A stretch of DNA of 64,000 nt from an uncultured Phycisphaerae bacterium (lineage in GTDB: Bacteria; Planctomycetota; Phycisphaerae; UBA1845; PWPN01), in NCBI GenBank assembly GCA_938005315.1, contig CALLOB010000005.1, positions 19,413-83,412 on the forward strand, in the 5' to 3' direction. A program made the position numbers and the translations under genes. The notes beneath the pieces are model-generated. The model searched no databases. It was given only the letters and a program-made list of their open reading frames with translations, and was not told the DNA's origin. Below are positions 29,349 to 37,667 of this stretch, piece by piece. The first letter of the stretch is position 1. Each line of letters begins with the position of its first letter.

Positions 29349-30829
29349 CTGCCCCCCGCGCGAATGCGGTCGACGACCGACGTGGTGCTCAGCCCCGGCT
29401 TGAGCGGCACGAGGACCACCCGGCCGCCCCGGCCCTCGACGAACTCGCGGCCCACGACGCCTTTCTCGGCCCAGTCCTCGCCCTTGACGAGCACGTCGGG
29501 GCAGACCTGCTCGATCACCGCCGCGGGCGTCGGCTCGTCGAAGATCACCACGTAGTCGACCAGGCTCAGGGCCGCCAGCACCTCCGCGCGTTCGTCCTGG
29601 GGCATGATCGGTCTGCCGGGGGCCTTGTTCTGCGCCCGGACGGACGCGTCCGAGTTGAGCCCGACGACCACCACCTGCCCCAGCGCCCGACATTGCCTGA
29701 AAAAGTGGATGTGCCCGGCGTGCAGCAGGTCGAAACAGCCGTTGGTGAAGACGATCGTCTCGCCGCGGCTGCGGCGCAGGCGCAGCTCCGCCACCAGCCG
29801 CGGCAACGGGCGGATCTTGGCGCTGCCGTCGGCAGCGGACAGCGTGAGATCGGCGATGATCTCCTCGCGGCTGATCGGTACGCAGCCGAACTTCTCGACT
29901 TCCAGGCCGCCGGCGATGTTGGTCAGCTGGGCGGCCTCTTCCCAGGAGGCCCCGCTGGCCGTCGCCGCCACCAGCATGGCCAGCACCGCGTCGCCGGCAC
30001 CGGTGTTGTCGTACACCGCCCGGGGACGGGTCGGGAAATGGATCGGCTCGCGGCCGCGCAGGGCCAGCAGGCAGCCGTCGCGGTCAAGCGTGACCAGCAC
30101 GCCCTGCAGGTCGCAGGCCTCGATCAGGCCCGCGACGTGCGCCTTGATCGTCTCAACCGCGGTTCCCGGGCACCCCGTGGCGAGGCGGAACTCGCTGCGG
30201 TTGGGCGTGAGCATCGTGGCACCGGTGTACTTGGCATAGTCGTCGATCCGCGCCGGATCGACCAGCACCGGCTTGCCAGCCTGCCGGGCCATGTCGATGA
30301 TCCTGCGGCACAGCCCGGCGGTCAGCACGCCCTTGTCGTAGTCCTCCAGGCACACCGCGGCCACGTCCTTCATCGCCCCCGCGATGACCTCCAGGCACGG
30401 CCTGGCGTCCGACTCGCTCATCGGCGCGGTGATCTCATCGTCCACCCGGATGAGCTGCTGCCGGTGACGGTGCTGCGCCAGGCCGATGAAACGCGTCTTG
30501 CGGGTCGTGGGCCGCCCGCTGATCGACACGATGCCGCGGGTGTTGGCGCCCATGCTCTGCAGCAGGGCCCGCAGCCGGTGGCCGGCGTCGTCCAGCCCCA
30601 CCAGGCCGCAGCACACCGTGTTCATGCCGAGTTGCTGAAGGTTGGCCGCGACACTGCCGGCCCCGCCGACACGATCCTCCTCGTACTGCTTGCGGAGCAC
30701 GGGTACCGGCGCCTCCGGACTGATCCGCTCGGCATCGCCGTAGACGTAACGGTCCAGAATGAAGTCGCCGACCAGCAGGATCCGCTGCCGGCCGAACGAT
30801 TCGACGATTTCGATGAGGCGGGAAAGCAA
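29345..30829 (-). CDS. hldE: Bifunctional D-beta-D-heptose 7-phosphate kinase / heptose 1-phosphate adenylyltransferase
   Basis: The N-terminal ribokinase-like part has ILLVGDFILDRYVYGDAERISPEAPVPVL. The C-terminal cytidylyltransferase part has FTNGCFDLLHAGH. I trimmed the start to TTG 30829 after cgaGGAGtgtgc. Confidence 0.85.
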   Translation of the reverse strand: MLSRLIEIVESFGRQRILLVGDFILDRYVYGDAERISPEAPVPVLRKQYEEDRVGGAGSVAANLQQLGMNTVCCGLVGLDDAGHRLRALLQSMGANTRGIVSISGRPTTRKTRFIGLAQHRHRQQLIRVDDEITAPMSESDARPCLEVIAGAMKDVAAVCLEDYDKGVLTAGLCRRIIDMARQAGKPVLVDPARIDDYAKYTGATMLTPNRSEFRLATGCPGTAVETIKAHVAGLIEACDLQGVLVTLDRDGCLLALRGREPIHFPTRPRAVYDNTGAGDAVLAMLVAATASGASWEEAAQLTNIAGGLEVEKFGCVPISREEIIADLTLSAADGSAKIRPLPRLVAELRLRRSRGETIVFTNGCFDLLHAGHIHFFRQCRALGQVVVVGLNSDASVRAQNKAPGRPIMPQDERAEVLAALSLVDYVVIFDEPTPAAVIEQVCPDVLVKGEDWAEKGVVGREFVEGRGGRVVLVPLKPGLSTTSVVDRIRAGGR

Positions 30830-31032
30830 GCACACTCCTCGGCACGGGGTCGGGAAAACGGTCCGGCGGTGCCGCATCCGCGGGCCGACGCCCGAGACGC
30901 CCGCGTCCGGCCGCGCGAGGCATCCTAGGATCGTCCTGCACGCCCGTCAAACAACCGCCGGCCGCCCTCGGACACGCCGCCGGCCGCCCAACCCGGGCGT
31001 ACGCCCGGCCGGCCGAATCGCCCGGCCGGCGG

Positions 31033-31061
31033 TTGAAACCCGACGGCAGCCGACCTACAGT
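31033..31061 (+). promoter_or_regulatory. Candidate sigma-70-like promoter for the aldo/keto reductase gene
   Basis: TTGAAA-17 nt-TACAGT lies ~45 nt upstream of ATG 31104. Confidence 0.45.
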
Positions 31062-31103
31062 CTTCCGCGAAGCGGGGTTTCAGACGACCGCGGAGTGCGA
31101 CGC

Positions 31104-32111
31104 ATGAGTCGGCGCATCGGGCGCAGAGAACTGCTGGAGGCCGCCGGGGCCGGGCTGGCCGGCGGTCTGATGGCCGCCGTCGGCGGCGAAATCGCCGGGT
31201 CGTTGCCCGCGTCACGTCCCGAGGTGGGCACGCTGCGGGACATTCCCCGCCGAAGGCTGGGACGCACCGGCATGGAGGTCGCCCCGCTGAGCCTCGGGAC
31301 CGCCGCCATGGGACACGCCTTCTACCAGGCCGGACCGTTCGAGGAGGTGGTCCATGCGGCCATCGACGCCGGCGTCAACTACATCGACACTGCGCGGCTT
31401 TACGACGTGGCCGAGGAACGCCTCGCCCCGATCCTCGCCCGGCGCCGGCACGAGGTCTTTCTGGTCACCAAGACCTGGGCCCGGAACCGCGACGACGCCC
31501 TGGCCTCGCTGGAGAAAAGCCTGGAGCTGATGGGCGTCGATTCCGTGGACCTGTGCCACATCCACAACGCCGGCCAGTACACTCGCCAGGAGGTCTTCGG
31601 GTCGGCGGGCCTGCTGTCGGCCATGCGCGAGGTGCGCAAGCGCGGGCTCGCACGGTTCATCGGCTGCAGCGGCCACATGAACCCCGACCGCTTCGTGCCG
31701 ATCATCGAGACCGGCGAGATCGACGTGGTCATGCTGGCCATGAACTTCGTGGACGAGCACACCTACCGCTTCCAACAGCGCGTCCTGCCGGCTGCCCGGC
31801 GGCACGACTGCGGCATCATCGCGATGAAGGTCTACGGCGGCGTCACCGGATCGTGGGACGGTTACCGGAAGCGACGCCCCGGGCGGCTGGCCGGCGACGA
31901 ATACCGCCAGCAGGCCTTCGACTTCGCCCTGGGAATCCCCGACGTGGCCACCTGCGTGGTTGGCCTCAAGACTCTGGACGAGCTGCGGCTGGCGATCGCG
32001 GCGGTCCGCAACGCCCGGCCGCTGGAGGGAGATCGCCGGCAGCGGGTGCTGGCCGAGGGTACGGCCCTGGCCGCCGAGTGGGGAGAGCACTTCGGCCCGG
32101 CCAACGAATGA
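31104..32111 (+). CDS. Aldo/keto reductase with Tat-type signal
   Basis: Starts MSRRIGRRELLEAAGAGLAGG. Contains RRLGRTGMEVAPLSLGTAAMG, NYIDTARLYD and DLCHIHN; the body is AKR-like. Confidence 0.8.
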   Translation: MSRRIGRRELLEAAGAGLAGGLMAAVGGEIAGSLPASRPEVGTLRDIPRRRLGRTGMEVAPLSLGTAAMGHAFYQAGPFEEVVHAAIDAGVNYIDTARLYDVAEERLAPILARRRHEVFLVTKTWARNRDDALASLEKSLELMGVDSVDLCHIHNAGQYTRQEVFGSAGLLSAMREVRKRGLARFIGCSGHMNPDRFVPIIETGEIDVVMLAMNFVDEHTYRFQQRVLPAARRHDCGIIAMKVYGGVTGSWDGYRKRRPGRLAGDEYRQQAFDFALGIPDVATCVVGLKTLDELRLAIAAVRNARPLEGDRRQRVLAEGTALAAEWGEHFGPANE

Positions 32112-32298
32112 AGCCCGATGCGGTGCCACCCAGGCCTGAGCTGAACCCCGAAGACCCGGACACCCGCGGCCCTCGACCGCCCGGTCCGGACCCGCCGGAG
32201 CACCGGCAGGCGCGATCGCCGGGGCCGGGAATCATCCAGGCAGGCCCGGCGCCACACTGGGGTCCCCTCCCGGCCCGCCAAACCCGCTGGTGTCCGGA

Positions 32299-32327
32299 TT
32301 GACATCCCAGGCCGCATGGTTTCTAAT
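32299..32327 (+). promoter_or_regulatory. Sigma-70-type promoter of tRNA-Val
   Basis: A perfect TTGACA (32299-32304) is followed by a 17-nt spacer and TCTAAT (32322-32327). The mature tRNA 5' end lies 10 nt downstream. Confidence 0.55.
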
Positions 32328-32336
32328 ACACTACGC

Positions 32337-32410
32337 GGGCGTTTAGCTCAGTTGGCTAGAGCGTACGGATCACACCCGTAAGGTCACTGGTTCGAGTCCA
32401 GTAACGCCCA
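32337..32410 (+). tRNA. tRNA-Val (anticodon CAC)
   Basis: I folded the cloverleaf by hand. Acceptor GGGCGTT/AACGCCC; D stem GCTC/GAGC; anticodon stem TACGG/CCGTA; loop AT-CAC-AC; variable loop AGGTC; T arm ACTGG-TTCGAGT-CCAGT; discriminator A. No CCA is encoded. 74 nt. Confidence 0.9.
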
Positions 32411-32540
32411 TCTCTTTCTTGCCTGAACCCTGGTCAGTGGGAATGTTGCGGTTCCAAGCGCGGTTGGTCGCCGCGAGAAGTGCCGCAGTGCACGGCAGGC
32501 GGCGCGGGCGCGGTCGTCTCGCCGGGTCGCGGCGATGTCG

Positions 32541-32639
32541 GTCGGATAAGGGGACACGGTCGGACAAGGGGACATTTGCATTGGTCGCAAAAGTCGGACA
32601 AGGGGACATTTTCATTGGTCGCAAAAGGGGACATTCTCC
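32541..32639 (+). repeat. Tandem 34-nt direct repeats with core AAGGGGACAT (2 full and 2 partial copies)
   Basis: GTCGGATAAGGGGACAC is followed by two near-identical units GTCGGACAAGGGGACATTT(G/T)CATTGGTCGCAAAA at 32559-32592 and 32593-32626, then AAAGGGGACATTC. The same 13-mer is inverted at 32787-32799. Confidence 0.85.
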
Positions 32640-32880
32640 TTTTTGATTGTCCATCCCACTTTTTGATTGACAATCGCGTGGGATTCTGCGGCGTAGCGTG
32701 AACCGGGGCACCCCCTGAGGTTCGGAAACGTGCCCCCGCGGACGGCCGTGGAAGCCTCCCCCAAAACCCAAGGCGGCACAAAAGTAGAATGTCCCCTTTG
32801 ACATGTTTGCGGACCGAACCGCCGGAAACGAAACGGCGCGAACACCCGCACCAGATGGGACCGGCCCGGCGACCGGATGC

Positions 32881-35800
32881 TCAACCCGCTTTGGCGGCGG
32901 CAAGACCGTGGGTTCGCAGCTCGGGCCAGCGGACCGGAACGACCGGACCTCGCCCCGTGGATTCCTCTGCGTCGGCCGCGCCGATCTTACGGGCGGGCGG
33001 GCGGCCGGCCATGTCGGCGGCACTGCGCGCGATCGCGGCCAGCAATTCCTTGACGGCGGATCCGGCCTCCGAGCCCCGATCGACCAGTTGCCGCAACTCC
33101 TCGGCCACCCCCTCGGCATGACCGACCAGGGCGTCAAGCTGCGCCCGGGATTGACGGCTCTGTTCCTCCAGGCGCCGCCGTGCGACGGCCTCGACCCGCG
33201 CGAGACGCTGAGCCCACTCCTGCTGGCGTTCCTCGGCCTGGCGGAGGCTGTCATGGACCGCATCGTTGCAGCGCTGCAATGCCTTGAGGATGCCCGCCGA
33301 CGACCGGGCCGAGGTCTTGAGCTGCTCAGCCTGAGCACGAACGGCGTCGGCGTTTTCCGACCAGCCCGCCAGCGCCTCGGTCACACGTCGAGCGGAATCC
33401 TCCAGTTGCGTCCCGACGGCCTGGGCCTGCTCGATCAGCGTCTCCAATCGATCGGCCTGGGCTAGAGCCTGTTCATTCAGCCGTCCGAGCCGGGCGGCCG
33501 CCTGCGGGGCGAGTTGGATCTTCACCGGCCGCGGGCGCTCGCGTTCCTCCAGCAGTCTGATGCGCTGGGTCAGGGTTTCAATGACCTCGACGAAGGTCTG
33601 GGCGTCGCTGGCTTGCCGTCCGCCGATCTCGCCCAGACGCGACTTCAGCCCCTCCAGCGCCTGAGTGATCGACTCCTGTGCCGCGCGGAATGTCGCCACC
33701 GGCGTGGAGGAGTTGGCCAGCTGCTCGACGCTGTCCCGCAGCGTTTGCCAGCGGGCCCCCAGGTCGCCGAGACGCTCTTCGTGGCGGCGACGGGTCTCCT
33801 GCAGGCGGGCCAGCAGCGCCCGCACATGCTGGTCGTGCCGTCTGCGGAGTTCGGCCACGTCCTCGTTGGACGCGGCGCGGGCCTCCAGGGCCTGCAGCGC
33901 CGCGCCGGTCTGGTCGCAGCGTCCGTTGACCTGGCGGATCGCCTCCTCCAGTTCCGACTTGCGGGCTGCCACCAGAGCCTCAAACCGCTCGCTGAAGCTC
34001 GCGACCAGGGATTCCAGTTGCGCGCGGCTCTCGCTGACGGCCGTTCTGACCTCCTCGGCGTCGCGGGCCTGCCGGGCGCGCAGCGCCTCCACAGCGACAC
34101 GATCGGCGGCGCGCTCGCGCAGTGCCTCCAGCTGCTCCTGAGTGCGCTCCCAGCGGGACAACGCGCCGTTCAGCCGCTCGTCCATCGACCGCCGGATGCC
34201 CTGCAGCTCCTCCAGCAGACCTTCCACGTCCTGCCGCTGACGGGCGACGAGTCCGGCGAGCTCCTGGCCGCCGGCCTGGGCCGTGCGGCTCAGGCGGTCG
34301 ATTTCCTCCTGGGCGGCGCGGCATAGCGCCTCGAGTTCGTCGAGCCGTCGCCTAGCGTCCTGCCGGCCGGCGGCGATCTCGGCCGTCAACCGCTCATCCA
34401 GCTCGCGCCTCTGGGCGTCCTGCTGTTCGCGGGCCGCCTCCAGGTCTTCCCGGCGGGCGAATTCCTCGGCCAGGACCGACAGCTGCTCCCGGATGTCGGC
34501 ATGCTGGCGGACCAGGCGCTGTCGCAGCCCGGACAGCTCGCAGGCCTCGTCGACAATCCGCTGAGCCAGTTCCTCGAACGCCCGACGCTGCTCTCCGGAA
34601 AGCTCCGCCGCCCGGGCATCGACCTGCCGGCGCATGTCCGCCAGCTCCAGGGCCTGTTGCGCGAGTCGGTTTTCCAGCTCGCCCAGCGCCCGTTCCTGCT
34701 CGTTGCGGACGTGCTCCAGATCGTGCAGGGAGGGCGTCTGCTCGCGCAGGGCGGCCACAGAGGCAGCCACCGCCTCGAGCCGCTCCCCGATATCCCGGGC
34801 CAGCGCCTGCCCGGCGGCCTCGCAACCGGCCACCCTGCTGCCCAGGCGCTCCAGCGTCTCGGCCTGGGCCGCCTGATCGCGCTGCTGCTGGGCCAGTTCC
34901 TTGCCCAGACGCTCCAGCGTCTCGGTCCGGGCCGTCTGATCGCACCGCTGCTGGGCCAGTTCCTCGCTCAGACGCTCCATGTCGCGATCCTGTCGCTCCT
35001 GGTTGAGGGCAAGCGATGCGATGCGGGCTTCGGTGTCCTCGCACTGGCGCTGGATCAGGGGCACCAGTTCAGCGACCTGTGCCTGATAGGCCTCCAGCTG
35101 CCCGACGGCCTCCTCGATGCGTTTCTCGAGCTGGCTCTCCAGTTCCTCGAGCGTCTCGGCACTGACGGCTTCCCGAGCCAGTCCGGCGACGCGCTGGCGG
35201 GTTTCGATCCAGTGTTGCTCGTTCTGCTCGAAGAGCCGCTGGAATTCCTCTCGCTGACGGGCGATTCGTTCCAGCAGCTCAGCCGTACCCTGCTGGTGCA
35301 GGCGTCGGATCTCGTCCAGGGCCTCGGCGGACGAACCGCTCCGGTCGACCCGCTCGATCTGCTGCTCGGCGGCCCGGCAGCGGGCCATGGTCTCGTCAAT
35401 GATCGCGTGCAGATCCTCGCGGCAGATGCCCAGTTCACTGCGGGCGGCGTTCCATCGTGACGCGACCTGGTCGACGATCTCCTCGATCTCCTCGCGCCTC
35501 GGCCGTTCACGGCCGAGCCGGGCCTGCAGCCCTGCGGCCGAGGACTCGATGATCTCCAGAGCCCGTTCGATCCGCCGATGGATGGCCTGCGGCTCCAGAT
35601 CCGGGAGGGTCGAAACCTTCGGGACGCCCCCCTCCACCCCGGCTTCCTGTTCAACACGCTCGGAAACCTGGACGACCTCGGGCCGGACCCCGTAGATGGC
35701 CTCGATGCGGGCCTGGGTCTGTTCGGGCGTCGGCGCGGCCGCCTGCTCCTCGGCCTCCAAAACCTGATCGAGGATGACGTTGTCCACGATCCGGCTGTCC

Positions 35801-36549
35801 AGCCCATAGGCGGTCAGCAGGGCGTTGTCGCAGATCTGGTTGATCACCCGCGGTATGCCCGCCGACGCCCGGAAGATCCGGGCCAGGGCGTGCGGCGTGA
35901 AGACCTCCGTCTCCGGCGGACAGCCGGCGACCGCCATGCGGCTGCGGACGTACTCGGCGGTCTGCTCGGCGGTCAGGGCCCGCAGGTGGAAACGCCGGAA
36001 AAGCCGCTGGTTGAGCTGTCTCATGTCCGACCGTGCGAAACGGTCGCGGAGCTCGGGCTGCCCGAGGATGCAGATCTGGAGGAGCTTGGCGTCGTCGGCC
36101 TCGAGATTGCCCAGCATCCGCAGCATCTCGAAGCTCTCGTCGGGCAGGTCCTGGGCCTCGTCGAGCACCACCACCACCAGCCGGTCGGCGGCGAACTCGC
36201 GGAGCAGGTACTGCTGGAGCGTCTCCACCAGTTGCAGATTGCTGCTCTCGGGCGGGCAGGGAAGGTTGAACTCGGCGCAGATCGCCGCCAGCAGCTGTCG
36301 GGCGGACAGCTGGTTCTGGGTGATGACCGCCACGCTGCCCAGCGGTTCGATCTGGCGGGCGAACATCCGGGCGACAAGCGTCTTGCCGGACCCCACCTCG
36401 CCGGTAATCAGCACGAATCCCTTGCGCTGCTGGCAGGCGTACTGCAGGGTGGCCAGGGCCTCTTCGTGGTCCGGGGTCCGGTAATAGAAGGTCGGATCCG
36501 GGGTGTTGTTGAACGGCGGCCGGTGCAGGCCGAAGTGAGCGCAGTACAT
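32881..36549 (-). CDS. ExeA-like AAA ATPase (PEP-CTERM-locus secretion-ATPase type) fused to a ~950-aa coiled-coil region
   Basis: ORF track, 1222 aa. The N-terminus is MYCAHFGLHRPPFNNTPDPTFYYRTPDHEEALATLQYA. Walker A is GEVGSGKT and Walker B is VVVVLDEAQ. GIPRVINQICDNALL is ExeA/GspA-like. From ~aa 290 onward the sequence is E/R/Q/A/L-rich and heptad-like to the C-terminus. RBS is GGAGAgcgatcc-ATG. No TM segment is visible. Confidence 0.8.
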   Translation of the reverse strand: MYCAHFGLHRPPFNNTPDPTFYYRTPDHEEALATLQYACQQRKGFVLITGEVGSGKTLVARMFARQIEPLGSVAVITQNQLSARQLLAAICAEFNLPCPPESSNLQLVETLQQYLLREFAADRLVVVVLDEAQDLPDESFEMLRMLGNLEADDAKLLQICILGQPELRDRFARSDMRQLNQRLFRRFHLRALTAEQTAEYVRSRMAVAGCPPETEVFTPHALARIFRASAGIPRVINQICDNALLTAYGLDSRIVDNVILDQVLEAEEQAAAPTPEQTQARIEAIYGVRPEVVQVSERVEQEAGVEGGVPKVSTLPDLEPQAIHRRIERALEIIESSAAGLQARLGRERPRREEIEEIVDQVASRWNAARSELGICREDLHAIIDETMARCRAAEQQIERVDRSGSSAEALDEIRRLHQQGTAELLERIARQREEFQRLFEQNEQHWIETRQRVAGLAREAVSAETLEELESQLEKRIEEAVGQLEAYQAQVAELVPLIQRQCEDTEARIASLALNQERQDRDMERLSEELAQQRCDQTARTETLERLGKELAQQQRDQAAQAETLERLGSRVAGCEAAGQALARDIGERLEAVAASVAALREQTPSLHDLEHVRNEQERALGELENRLAQQALELADMRRQVDARAAELSGEQRRAFEELAQRIVDEACELSGLRQRLVRQHADIREQLSVLAEEFARREDLEAAREQQDAQRRELDERLTAEIAAGRQDARRRLDELEALCRAAQEEIDRLSRTAQAGGQELAGLVARQRQDVEGLLEELQGIRRSMDERLNGALSRWERTQEQLEALRERAADRVAVEALRARQARDAEEVRTAVSESRAQLESLVASFSERFEALVAARKSELEEAIRQVNGRCDQTGAALQALEARAASNEDVAELRRRHDQHVRALLARLQETRRRHEERLGDLGARWQTLRDSVEQLANSSTPVATFRAAQESITQALEGLKSRLGEIGGRQASDAQTFVEVIETLTQRIRLLEERERPRPVKIQLAPQAAARLGRLNEQALAQADRLETLIEQAQAVGTQLEDSARRVTEALAGWSENADAVRAQAEQLKTSARSSAGILKALQRCNDAVHDSLRQAEERQQEWAQRLARVEAVARRRLEEQSRQSRAQLDALVGHAEGVAEELRQLVDRGSEAGSAVKELLAAIARSAADMAGRPPARKIGAADAEESTGRGPVVPVRWPELRTHGLAAAKAG
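34841..34980 (-). repeat. 63-nt (21-aa) tandem duplication inside the coiled-coil ORF
   Basis: The units at 34841-34903 and 34904-34966 differ at ~7 of 63 positions by my hand alignment, and a partial third unit follows. The protein units are EELAQQRCDQTARTETLERLG and KELAQQQRDQAAQAETLERLG. Confidence 0.8.
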
Positions 36550-36800
36550 GGATCGCTCTCCTGGGAGCCCGGCGGCCCCGGGTTATCGGACATCCTCCCG
36601 GGTCGACCGGCTCAGCGCGTTCTATCGGACCTGCCCGGAGCCGGCTTGAGGTCGGCGGGAGGGTCCGCAAAAAAAACGGAGATAAGTCACCACCGCCCCA
36701 TCGGGTGCCGATAGTCCCATCACCGAGGGACCGGAGACCGGCGTCGGCCGGATCGGGACCCGGCCCTGCGGGCGGACACGGACGAGCCTTCGCGTCAGGG

Positions 36801-37631
36801 ATGACGACGATGCGATACACCTCCTTGAGACGCTGGCGGAATCCGGCGCTGACGGCGCTGTGCGGACTGGCCGCCGCCGCGTCGGCCGGGTGCGCCAACA
36901 AGTACGACGACATGAAGGTCTTCATGCGGGCCCACGAGAACGAGGTCGCGGGCACGATCTACCGCCTGGAGCCCCCGGACGTGATCGTGATCAACTCGCC
37001 GACCTGCCCGGAGGTGGACAACGAGGTCCAGCGCATCCGGGCCGACGGCAAGATCTCCCTGGACCTGCTGGGCGAGGTCTACGTGGCCGGCATGAGCCCG
37101 GCCGAGATCGCGGCCAAGCTCCAGGAGCAGCTCGCCCGCTACTACGAGAACCCCCGCGTCGATGTGCGCGTGGCCGCCTACGAGAGCAAGAGCGTCTACG
37201 TATTCGGGCAGGTCGCCGTGCCCGGACCGCATCCCTTCACCGGCCGCGACACGCTGATGGACGTGCTGGCGCGGGCCCGACCGACCTTCATCGCCTGGGG
37301 GGCGCAGGTCAAGGTCATCCGTCCCAGCGCCCGTCCCGACGAACGCCGCGAGATCACCGTGGACGTCGACAGGATCGTCGAGACCGGCGACATGCGCGAC
37401 AACCTGCTCCTGCAGGAGGGCGATATCGTCTACGTCCCGCCGACCCCGCTGGGATGGGTCGGGCTGCGGGTCAACGAGGTGCTGTTCCCGGTCTCGCCGA
37501 TGCTGTCGGCCTACCAGATGCCGTACCACTTCCGGGACTCGACCGACCACTACCGTTACGGGTCGTACTACCACTACAAGCATGACGATGACGACAACAA
37601 AGGGGGATACCGGAGGCTGCTGTTCAGGTAG
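36801..37631 (+). CDS. Polysaccharide export (OPX, Wza-like) lipoprotein
   Basis: The lipobox is AAAASAGCA. The Poly_export-like part has YRLEPPDVIVI...IRADGKISLDLLGEVYVAGMSPAEIAAKLQEQL. The SLBB-like part has VYVFGQVAVPGPHPF...LQEGDIVYVP. The C-terminal tail is unusually Tyr/His-rich. Confidence 0.8.
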   Translation: MTTMRYTSLRRWRNPALTALCGLAAAASAGCANKYDDMKVFMRAHENEVAGTIYRLEPPDVIVINSPTCPEVDNEVQRIRADGKISLDLLGEVYVAGMSPAEIAAKLQEQLARYYENPRVDVRVAAYESKSVYVFGQVAVPGPHPFTGRDTLMDVLARARPTFIAWGAQVKVIRPSARPDERREITVDVDRIVETGDMRDNLLLQEGDIVYVPPTPLGWVGLRVNEVLFPVSPMLSAYQMPYHFRDSTDHYRYGSYYHYKHDDDDNKGGYRRLLFR

Positions 37632-37667
37632 GAGGCGGAAGGTCGGAGGCGATCGTGGGATGACCGC

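Noticed and set aside
32541-32639. Possible CRISPR array, because of ~34-nt direct repeats.
   Set aside because: The units are contiguous, with no spacers between them. There are only two full copies, and no cas genes are in the window.
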